Assembly: GCA_965249045.1 (NCBI GenBank)
Contig: OZ252213.1
Span: forward strand, 201,329-265,328
Direction of reading: 5' to 3'
From: Thermodesulfobacteriota bacterium
GTDB taxonomy: Bacteria; Desulfobacterota_D; UBA1144; Nemesobacterales; Nemesobacteraceae
DNA: 64,000 nucleotides
Part shown: positions 19,986 to 28,251 of the stretch, piece after piece
How positions within the stretch are numbered: position 1 is the first letter of the stretch
Layout: each line of letters starts with the position of its first letter
The notes under the pieces: generated by a model
Told to the model about the DNA's origin: nothing
Seen by the model: the letters and a program-made list of their open reading frames with translations, nothing else
Database searches by the model: none
Translations under genes and position numbers: made by a program

Positions 19986-20192
19986 GCGTCCGACAAGGGA
20001 ATCGGATAGATTCGGGGAAACGGAGTGAACGAACCCAGCGGCGACGCGGAAAGAAAAAACGGGAGAGAGAAAATGAAGAAAAAATCGCCGCGAAGCTTCC
20101 GCGCTGCTTGGGCTTTACCGACGCCACGGGACCGCGGAAGGGTACATGGGAGAACTCAAGGACTTGTTCCGCTCGTCTTTGTCTTCAACCTT

Positions 20193-21440
20193 TTATTCCG
20201 TCTCCCAGAGTGACTGCAAAGGCACCGCATAAAGACCTTCACCAAATCGCAAGTTTCTTTCTCCGTTATAAAGCACGACTCCGCAGGAAAAACGATCGCC
20301 TGCAGCGGCCTTGAGTCTGCGCAGCCCCCGAAAATCCGAATCTCTCGCGGTGGCCGATGCCTTGACTTCAACCCCGGCAAGGGCGCTCGCTCCGCGCTCT
20401 ATAACGATATCAACTTCCGTTCCGTCTTTTTCCCGGTAGTGAGAGAAAACATGCGGCTCTCGGTGTCCGCTTAGCTGCCGACGCAGTTCCTGCAACACCC
20501 AGGTTTCAAGAAGATGACCGTAAAAGGGTCTGTTTGCCGAAAGCGCGGCGGCATTCATTCTCATAAGTGCGCAGGCAATACCCGTGTCGGCGATGTGAAG
20601 TTTTGGAGTCTTGACCAGGCGTTTCAGGTGATTGGGGTGCCACGCCGGCAGTTTTTCCAGCAGAAACATTTTTTCCAGCAGAAAAATATAATCATGAACC
20701 GTATTGCGGCTCAGTTTAAAAGACGAGGACAGACCGTTTACACTCAGAAGGCTTGCAGTCTGCGCGGCCGCCAAGGCAAGAAGCCTCGACAGAATTTCAG
20801 GTGAACGGATTGCGGCAATGTCACGTGAATCGCGCTCTACAAGTATCTCGATATATTTCCTGTACCAGTCGGCACGTCTTTCTCCAGAGCGCTGAAGCGC
20901 AACCGGATACCCACCGGCGGCCACTTTGTCCATAATAACCATTTCCGGTGAATCACTCCTGTCTTGCCAGATATTGAATTCCGAGGAAAACAGCGCATCC
21001 GGGAAACCGGGCGTGTTTCCCTCAAGTTCGCTTTGTGAAAAAGGATGCAGCCTGATTATATCCATGCGCCCGGCAAGCGAATCGGTTATCCCGCGGACAT
21101 GCAGCACGCTGACCGAGCCGGTCAGCATAAAACGCCCCGGAGTACGATTGCGGTCAACCACAAGCTTGATGGATGAGAAAATCTCCGGCACTTTCTGGAC
21201 TTCGTCCAGAATGACGCGTTCAGGCAGAGTTTTCACAAATCCCATGAGGTCTGCCTCGGCAGCGGCGCGAGTGTCTTCATCATCAAAACTTATGTAGTGA
21301 TAGCCCTCGGTCTTGCCGACCATACGGGCAAGGGTGGTTTTTCCGCACTGGCGGGGTCCCTGAATCAATACGACAGGGGAATCTTCAAGAGTTTCTCTCA
21401 GACGTGATTCAACGTGCCGCGTGTAACTTTCTTCATACAT
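20193..21440 (-). CDS. AAA_14-family ATPase with C-terminal DUF4143 (predicted restriction-endonuclease-like fold) domain
   Basis: Walker A IQGPRQCGKTTLAR and Walker B VILDEVQ. It is a divergent paralog of 25448-26692. Confidence 0.7.
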   Translation of the reverse strand: MYEESYTRHVESRLRETLEDSPVVLIQGPRQCGKTTLARMVGKTEGYHYISFDDEDTRAAAEADLMGFVKTLPERVILDEVQKVPEIFSSIKLVVDRNRTPGRFMLTGSVSVLHVRGITDSLAGRMDIIRLHPFSQSELEGNTPGFPDALFSSEFNIWQDRSDSPEMVIMDKVAAGGYPVALQRSGERRADWYRKYIEILVERDSRDIAAIRSPEILSRLLALAAAQTASLLSVNGLSSSFKLSRNTVHDYIFLLEKMFLLEKLPAWHPNHLKRLVKTPKLHIADTGIACALMRMNAAALSANRPFYGHLLETWVLQELRRQLSGHREPHVFSHYREKDGTEVDIVIERGASALAGVEVKASATARDSDFRGLRRLKAAAGDRFSCGVVLYNGERNLRFGEGLYAVPLQSLWETE

Positions 21441-21580
21441 GGTTGATTAACTGTAATCATCTCTACAACTAATTGCAACTTTATATTCAGACTAATTACT
21501 AAGTTTAAGCATAGTAAATTATCAGATTAGCGACTTTTATAGAATTTTTAATGTTATAACAGATAGTTACAAGGTACAGG

Positions 21581-21649
21581 TAATTGTCGGGCTTAGGAAT
21601 GACTAATTGTCAGGTTTAAAGATGGCTGATTGTCAGATTGATGTACATC
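21581..21649. repeat. Three tandem ~23-bp direct repeats (TAATTGTCRGGNTTARRRATGRC) in an AT-rich divergent intergenic region
   Basis: Read directly from the sequence: 21581-21603, 21604-21626 and 21627-21649. Confidence 0.5.
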
Positions 21650-22012
21650 CAGTTATCAACCATTGTATATTTACAAACAAATATAAAAATGATTTTCCGA
21701 AATCTCTAAAGCAAAAAATGATCTCTTTATGGTACGAAGAAAAAAATGGGTTTTTCATAAGTTCACCGCGCGGACTCACCGGCTTACTTTGATTTCCTGT
21801 CGCGATACGTCCGGCGGATTGAAACGTTTTCCGGCCGACCCCGAACGGGCAGAGAGATTATTCGCGCTACTATATGATATGCTTTTCAGTTGAGAGCAAC
21901 TTGCCTCTTGTCGGCAAAAGGACCGAAATACAGGATGTGCGAAGTCATAACCGGGTATGTCTTACAAGTGTTTCGGGTACGTTGCCATCGCCCGAAGTGA
22001 AGATCAGACGGG

Positions 22013-23791
22013 ATGAAGAAAAAATCAAGGAAGAAAGCAGGAAAAACCAAGAGGACCAAAAAGAATATCCGGGGAAAATCGCCGGGAACCCGGAAGAAAA
22101 CACCCCTCGGGGATCATGACCGCAAAGTGCTCCCGTTTCCCGCAAGAGGGGACGAGTTCTACTTCCGGGGACTCGAAAAAACCGAGGCCGGCCGTCACCG
22201 GGAAGCTCTTGCCGACCTTGACCGGGCAATCCGTCTCGATCCCCGCGACTCGCACGCCTACCACGCCCGGGGGCTCGCAAAAAGCGGTCTCGGCCGCCAC
22301 GCAGAGGCCCTTGCGGATATTGACCGCGCCATCGGTCTTGATTCAAAGAACCCGGAAGCTTACTTCAACCGCGGACTCGTTAAAATCCTGCTCGGGCTGG
22401 ACCGGGAGGCGATCGCCGATTTTGACCGGGCAATCCGTCTCGATCCGGAGGATCCGGAGTTCTATCTGGTCCGGGGCCAGGAGAAGGAAAAGCTCCTGCG
22501 GCACAGGGAAGCGATAGCCGATTACAGCCGGGCCATAAGCCTCGACCCCGAAAACGCCGACGCGTACTTCGGGCGCGGGTTCATAAACCTGGGACTCGGA
22601 CGGTTCGAACAGGCCGTCTCGGATTTTGACCGCTTGATCCTTCTCAATCCCGAGCGCAAGGAAGCCCATAACGTACGGGGACTCGCAAAAGCCTCCCTGA
22701 AGCGGTACGAGGAAGCCATAGAAGACTATGGCCGCGCAATAAGCCTCGACCCGGAAAACGAAACCGCCTACCACAACCGCGGATTTTCCAAGTTCTCCCT
22801 AGGGCAGTTCAAAGAAGCCGTAGAAGATTTCGACTGTGCCATACGCCTCGGTCCAAAGAACTCCGACAACTATTACTACAGGGGGGTTTCGAAGGACGAA
22901 CTCGGAGAGCCCGAAGAAGCCATCGCGGATTTTGACCGCGCCATACGCCTCGACCCCGAAAACGCGGCTTCCTACCTCGACCGAGGTATCGCCAAGGCGC
23001 ACCTCGACCGCTACGAGGAGGCAATAGAAGACTACGACCGCGCCATACGCCTCGACCCGGGATCCGCCGAAGCTTTCCAGGACCGCGGAATCGCCAATGA
23101 GAAGCTCGGGCGCAGCAAGGAAGCCGTCTCTGACTTTAACCGGGCAATCCGCATTGATCCCGGGAACCCGGAATTCTACTCCGACCGCGCCATCTCCAAG
23201 ATTTCCCTTGATCGCGACCCCGAAGCCATAGAGGACTGCAACCGCGCCATACGCCTCGACCCGGGATACGCCGAAGCTTTCCAGAACCGCGGAATCGCCG
23301 AATCCAAGCTAGGGCGGCTCGAAGAGGCCGTGGAAGATCTTAACCGGGCAATAAGCCTCAACCCGGAGTCCGCCGGCGCCTATCATAACCGGGGATTCGC
23401 CGAGATGGGGCTCGGGCAACTCGAACAGGCCGAGGACGACTTCGGCCGGGCGATTTCGCTTGACCCCGGGCTTGTCGTTGCCTATCGCGGCCGGGGAATG
23501 ACCAGGAGTTTCCTTCTGCGCTTCGAGGAAGCGGAGGACGACTTCGAGCGGGCAATCGAACTCAGCCCGGATTTCGCTCCGGACTATTTTAACCGGGGGC
23601 GCGCAAGGATAGGGCTTGAGCGGATCGAGGAAGGGTTGGAGGATATGGACAGGGCGATCTCCCTCGATCCCGAATTCGCCCCGGCTTATCGTCTGCGGGG
23701 CTCATTGAAGCAGATTCTCGGGCCGGAGAAGGAAGCTGAGGTTGATTTAGCCGAGGCGGCTCGTCTTGATGCCATGTTCGGGGAAGAATAG
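22013..23791 (+). CDS. TPR-repeat protein (about 16 tandem tetratricopeptide repeats), basic N-terminal tail
   Basis: Reiterated 34-aa units ...EAIADFDRAIRLDPENAEAYFNRG..., with a Lys/Arg-rich N-terminus. Confidence 0.75.
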   Translation: MKKKSRKKAGKTKRTKKNIRGKSPGTRKKTPLGDHDRKVLPFPARGDEFYFRGLEKTEAGRHREALADLDRAIRLDPRDSHAYHARGLAKSGLGRHAEALADIDRAIGLDSKNPEAYFNRGLVKILLGLDREAIADFDRAIRLDPEDPEFYLVRGQEKEKLLRHREAIADYSRAISLDPENADAYFGRGFINLGLGRFEQAVSDFDRLILLNPERKEAHNVRGLAKASLKRYEEAIEDYGRAISLDPENETAYHNRGFSKFSLGQFKEAVEDFDCAIRLGPKNSDNYYYRGVSKDELGEPEEAIADFDRAIRLDPENAASYLDRGIAKAHLDRYEEAIEDYDRAIRLDPGSAEAFQDRGIANEKLGRSKEAVSDFNRAIRIDPGNPEFYSDRAISKISLDRDPEAIEDCNRAIRLDPGYAEAFQNRGIAESKLGRLEEAVEDLNRAISLNPESAGAYHNRGFAEMGLGQLEQAEDDFGRAISLDPGLVVAYRGRGMTRSFLLRFEEAEDDFERAIELSPDFAPDYFNRGRARIGLERIEEGLEDMDRAISLDPEFAPAYRLRGSLKQILGPEKEAEVDLAEAARLDAMFGEE

Positions 23792-23880
23792 AAAACCCGG
23801 ATATTAACAATGCAAAGACAGTAAATAAAAGTTCGCAATCCTGAGAGTCTATCTGAAAATCCAAAAAAAGGGGGGAATTA

Positions 23881-24198
23881 ATGGCATTAACGCGTAGTTT
23901 CAGAGAGATCGCAGTGGAGCGCGCGATAAGAGACCCCGGGCTCCTCGTCGGACTTCTGACCGAAGCGATCGAGTGCGTACTCAATGATGAAATCAACGTG
24001 GCGAAAGCATTGCTGTGAAACTACGTTAACTCGACAGTAGGTTTTCGGGAACTTGGAGTTCTTACGCAAAAGGACCCCAAGAGCCTGATCCGCATGCTCA
24101 GTCCGAGAGGAAACCCGGGCCTTAAGAATATTTTCTCTCCGCTCGCATCTTTAAAAGAACATGAAGGCGTCAAGCTTCACGTGCGGGCCGCCAGATAA
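23881..24198 (+). pseudogene. Addiction-module antidote (HigA/TIGR02684-like HTH) gene interrupted by an in-frame TGA at 24016-24018; partner killer gene absent
   Basis: MALTRSFREIAVERAIRDPGLLVGLLTEAIECVLNDEINVAKALL*NYVNSTVGFRELGVLTQKDPKSLIRMLSPRGNPGLKNIFSPLASLKEH... This matches the antidote family across the stop codon. Confidence 0.45.
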
Positions 24199-24237
24199 TC
24201 AACACGGCCACAGATTCACGATCCGGCATGCTGTCTA

Positions 24238-24335
24238 CTACTGCCAGAAAACGGAAAAGCAACGGCCGGAACCCCTCGCCGAAAGGAACCACGTCCGCTC
24301 CGGCGTACGGCACTACACCGCGGACCGCGATCTAT
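24238..24335 (-). pseudogene. ~100-bp remnant of the 3' end of another AAA_14-DUF4143 ATPase gene copy
   Basis: Matches the C-terminal ~30 codons, including stop and ...LWQ, of the copies at 25449 and 19130. Confidence 0.5.
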
Positions 24336-24562
24336 AAAACGAGGTTCAGACTCATGTATTTTTCAAAATTTCCCGACTGAGAAAAATCGCCTTCTCTTCA
24401 GAAAGCTCCCTCTTTCCAAGGACTCAAGTCCATGAGTGACAATAAGATTGCTTCCCCGCGAAATTCTGAAGAGAGAGGCGGGGTTGCCTCTACTTCTTCT
24501 TTTACGTTGCCCCCAAGCCCGTGTTCTTAAATAGAGATGTTACTATCCGAGGATATTTTTCG

Positions 24563-24898
24563 TCAGCTGCCGTAGGCAAACATTTCTCGCAACACATCCG
24601 CCACCTCCCGCGCTCGTGCGTCCGGCAGGACGCCCAGCCGCTTGACCAAGCGAGCCTTGTCCACGGTCCTTATCTGATCGAGAACCACTTGGCCCTTCTT
24701 CCGCTGAAAGGTGACATTTACTCGACTGGGGTGGTCTCGCCGCGTCGATGTCATGGGCGCTATTATGACCGTGCGGATGTATCGGTTCATCTCATCCGGA
24801 GAGACTACTACGCACGGCCGCATCTCCTGGATTTCTGATCCTTGCGCGGGATCCAGGTTGACCAGATGGATATCATATCGCCGGACCCGCTTTACCAT
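24563..24898 (-). CDS. mazF: MazF/PemK-family mRNA interferase toxin
   Basis: RGDIHLVNLDPAQGSEIQEMRPCVVVSPDEMN...VIIAPMTS...DQIRTVDKARL matches the PemK/MazF fold signature. Confidence 0.8.
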   Translation of the reverse strand: MVKRVRRYDIHLVNLDPAQGSEIQEMRPCVVVSPDEMNRYIRTVIIAPMTSTRRDHPSRVNVTFQRKKGQVVLDQIRTVDKARLVKRLGVLPDARAREVADVLREMFAYGS

Positions 24899-25143
24899 GT
24901 CCAGCCCTCTGCATCGAAGTCGTTTTCAAGCGCATCGGGAACCATTGGCGCGTCGTCACCGACGGTCGCCATTTTTTCAAAGGCCGCGCTCCAGCCCTCG
25001 CGCACGCTTCGCACCGGCGCAAGCACAATGACTCCGTTCTCGATACGCATCTCCAACTCGTCGCCGAGACCGCATTGCTTGATAACCGACGAAGGGATAC
25101 GAATTCCCTTCGAGTTGCCAATAGATATCAGATTAACCTTCAT
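24892..25143 (-). CDS. mazE: MazE/AbrB-SpoVT-family antitoxin (start moved to Met23 of the ORF, preceded by AAGGAGG)
   Basis: MKVNLISIGNSKGIRIPSSVIKQCGL is a swapped-hairpin AbrB/MazE motif. It overlaps mazF by 7 bp. An SD sequence lies 7 nt upstream of the ATG at 25143. Confidence 0.7.
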   Translation of the reverse strand: MKVNLISIGNSKGIRIPSSVIKQCGLGDELEMRIENGVIVLAPVRSVREGWSAAFEKMATVGDDAPMVPDALENDFDAEGWTW

Positions 25144-25447
25144 GCGTTCGCCTCCTTGTGTAATTACACTGTAATCACTAGGCAGGAGGATTTCAAGGCC
25201 GGCGGACACGGTGTCTTCTTATTCCAGCAAAAATGAACACCAAACACTTAACCGGTCGGTTTCGCCTTTCGTTAAACATGCAGGGCAAGAATACTCCTTG
25301 AAAATTGGAAGGCCGCCATCCAATTTTCAAGCCAAATTGCGGTTTCCCTCCCATGAGAAAGGCGGCGGAATAAGAACGGACAACCGGCGATTTTCGAGAT
25401 AACGTAGTGAATCTTCCCGCCTCTCGAAAAATCCAACACCCCGCCGG

Positions 25448-26692
25448 CTACTGCCAGAGAGCGGAGAAAGGAACGGCTAGAAACCTGTCGCCGAAAGGAA
25501 CCACGTCCGCTCCCGCGTACAGCACGATCCCGCAGATAAAATCGTCCTTCGCAAGGTCCCGAAGCGCCTCCATGCCTTTAAAATCGGCGGAAACGATCCG
25601 CTGCGAAGCCTTAACCTCGATACCGGCAACCGAACCGTCCGGACGTTCCAGAACGAAATCCACCTCCTTGCCGTCGGCGGTACGAAAGTGAAAAAGATCT
25701 GCCCGCATATCGGAGAAGGAAAGCAGCTTGCGAAGCTCGGAGGCGACGAAGTTCTCAACGGCATGGCCGTAGAAATCGCTCCATCGGCCGCGCGGGCCCT
25801 CAAGCTTGCGGTCAAGCAGATGACAAAGCAGAAGGGTATCCGTAATATAGCCCTTGGAGGATTTCACAAGCCGTTTTCCGACATTCCGGTACCACGGCCA
25901 AACGTCAAAGCTAAGGAACATAGCCTGCAGAATACCGCGATAGCTTTTGCTGGTAACGGGGTTAAGTCCCATGTCACGCGCGATCTCGGCATCGTTCATA
26001 AGCTTGCCGGCGCGTGCCGCCAGAACCCGAAGCAGTCTCGGCAGAAGGCCGATTTTCTCAAGTTCGGCAACGGTGCGCACGTCGCGCTGCAGTATGGTTG
26101 TAAGGTAGCCGTCAAACCACTCCTCCCGCTCGTGCGCGGGTTTTCCCGATATCTCGGGAAACGTGGCCGATTCGATGGCTTCACCGAGCGTCGGTCCGGT
26201 TCCCATGCCGGCAAAATCGGCTGAAAACAGCCTTTCGGGAAAATCGCCCCTAGTAGAGAAAACCTCGCAGGCGGCAAAGGGGTAAAGAGTTTTTATGCTC
26301 ATGCGTCCGACCAGAGAATCCGAGAGTTTCGGTAAAACCATGATATTCGCCGAACCCGTGAGCAGGAACATTCCGTTGCTCCGTTTCCTGTCCCCGAGAC
26401 GCGTTTCGTCAACGACAACCTTAAGGGCACGGAACAGGTCGGGCACCAGCTGAACCTCGTCAATGATCACCGGCCCCCTCCGGCGGCCGAGAAAACCCTC
26501 CGGAGAAGCGTAGGCGGCCTCCATATGAGTCACGTTATCAAAAGATACGTACTCGGCGGGATAATCACTGCGGGAAAGCTCCCGCGCAAGCGTTGTCTTG
26601 CCCGACTGACGCGGTCCGTTGAGAAAGACCACGGGGTTGTTCTTAAGGGAAAAAAGCACTCTCCCGGATAGTTTGCGTGTCTTGTACTTCAT
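25448..26692 (-). CDS. AAA_14-family ATPase with C-terminal DUF4143 domain (full-length copy)
   Basis: Walker A LNGPRQSGKTTLAR and Walker B VIIDEVQ. It is the source-like copy for the fragments at 19130-19985 and 24238-24335. Confidence 0.7.
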   Translation of the reverse strand: MKYKTRKLSGRVLFSLKNNPVVFLNGPRQSGKTTLARELSRSDYPAEYVSFDNVTHMEAAYASPEGFLGRRRGPVIIDEVQLVPDLFRALKVVVDETRLGDRKRSNGMFLLTGSANIMVLPKLSDSLVGRMSIKTLYPFAACEVFSTRGDFPERLFSADFAGMGTGPTLGEAIESATFPEISGKPAHEREEWFDGYLTTILQRDVRTVAELEKIGLLPRLLRVLAARAGKLMNDAEIARDMGLNPVTSKSYRGILQAMFLSFDVWPWYRNVGKRLVKSSKGYITDTLLLCHLLDRKLEGPRGRWSDFYGHAVENFVASELRKLLSFSDMRADLFHFRTADGKEVDFVLERPDGSVAGIEVKASQRIVSADFKGMEALRDLAKDDFICGIVLYAGADVVPFGDRFLAVPFSALWQ

Positions 26693-26919
26693 ACCTTTTC
26701 CTTCCGATATGTAAATCTAGCGTTTATGATTTCTAAAATCAAGATTTATTTTTACAAAAGTTACCCGTCTCATTTGAACAGGTCTTTTCTTTCGGTCTCG
26801 TCCCATAACCGGGATAATCGCACGAAGAATCTTTTGTTTGCCATGGAAGAGAACCAGCTATATTTCTCCCCGTCTGCATCGCCAAGAAAACACGAAAACG
26901 CAAGACTTTAAATCCGGTT

Positions 26920-28026
26920 TCAGACTCGTAGATCGATATTCAGATGGTAGCGCGTGGACTTGCGCTCCCCGGTTCTTGCGAGCGCGCCTTTAGTGACCAG
27001 ATCCGAAAGGTCCCGGGTGGCGGTCGGACGCGTGGCCTTGGTGATGCTTATATAGCTTTCAGCGCTGAGACCACCCGAAAAGCCCTCCGGGCCTTCCTCG
27101 AACATCCGAAGCAGGCATTTTTCCTGCCGCGGATTCATTCTTCCCCGCATACGCTTAAGCAACTTGGCCTTTTCTATAAGAAATTCCACATAGGTCCGCG
27201 TATAGGTAAGCGCCTCAAGCACGGTGCCGGCAAAATAGACAAGCCATCCTGTTATTTCGTTTTTCGTGTTGGCATCCCCCAGAGCCCCGTAATAAGCTTT
27301 CCTGTTCCTGCTGATCACGGTGGCAAGCGCAATCAAAGTCGGCTCACCGAGGGACTGGGCAAGAGCTTTTTCTGACACCGCCCGTCCTATACGACCGTTT
27401 CCGTCCTCAAACGGGTGAATGCTCTCGAAATAAAGATGCGCCGTGCCGGCACGGGTAAGCGCCGGAAGCGGCGACCCGGCTCCCGGAGCGCTGCGGTTAA
27501 ACCAGCGGATAAATCCGTCCATTTCCCGCTTTACCCGCTCTGGCGGAGGCGCTTCGAAATGAATCCTGCGTCTGTGAAGAGGCCCCGAGACCACCGCGAC
27601 CCCGTGCTCACGGTAACGACCCACGCACTCCAGGTCAGTGCGCCCGAGAGTGAGCATCTTGTGCCAGCGATAAAGCGTTTCGTGGGAAAGCGTCTCTTCG
27701 TAAGTGTTGTGGAGATCGACCATGAGATCGGTGATCCCGGCTTCGGCGGGACTTGCTCTGAGTTCGCCGGTCTGCAGGCCGAAATGTCGGCGAAGAGACG
27801 ACTGAAGGCTCTTGCGGTCAAGATACTCCCCCTCGATTTCAGAAGTCTTGAGGGCTTCATCGCCTATAATCTCCACTTTGAGCCGATCCCGCTCCGCTTC
27901 GTCAAGATGCCTGTAAGCCCCGAAAAGCAGACCCGTCCCGTGCAGAAAATCATTTTCCGAGTCCTCAAGAAGTTTCGGTTCATAAGTAAAATCGGGCCAT
28001 TCGGGTTGTTGCCAGTTCCACCGCAT
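26920..28026 (-). CDS. Fic-family protein (AMPylation/Fido domain) with intramolecular inhibitory motif and C-terminal wHTH
   Basis: Fic motif HPFEDGNGRIGR. An N-terminal (S/T)xxxE(G/N) motif TSEIEG is present. The C-terminus is winged-helix-like. Confidence 0.8.
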   Translation of the reverse strand: MRWNWQQPEWPDFTYEPKLLEDSENDFLHGTGLLFGAYRHLDEAERDRLKVEIIGDEALKTSEIEGEYLDRKSLQSSLRRHFGLQTGELRASPAEAGITDLMVDLHNTYEETLSHETLYRWHKMLTLGRTDLECVGRYREHGVAVVSGPLHRRRIHFEAPPPERVKREMDGFIRWFNRSAPGAGSPLPALTRAGTAHLYFESIHPFEDGNGRIGRAVSEKALAQSLGEPTLIALATVISRNRKAYYGALGDANTKNEITGWLVYFAGTVLEALTYTRTYVEFLIEKAKLLKRMRGRMNPRQEKCLLRMFEEGPEGFSGGLSAESYISITKATRPTATRDLSDLVTKGALARTGERKSTRYHLNIDLRV

Positions 28027-28251
28027 GATTTATAAGTATACCATTTATAAATCATTTTGCAGCTATTTTGTGATTAATAAGTGGCCGTAAAAGGGCAAAA
28101 TCTCACGTGAACAGTCATAGAAGAAAATATTTGCCGATTCCGGGTATAAGGAGAGTTCTCTTGGAATCAGGTTTCCCGGCGCTTATAAATCAGGAAACGG
28201 ACGATGCCGTTAGCTTGCAATTTTGAGGACACGGCGCGAGGCCGCGTGAAA

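Noticed and set aside
19086-25691. Plus-strand ORFs 19086-19682 and 25407-25691 sharing the peptide YCQRAEKGTARNLSPKGTT
   Set aside because: They share a peptide only because both are antisense to duplicated DUF4143 ATPase sequence. They are not independent genes.
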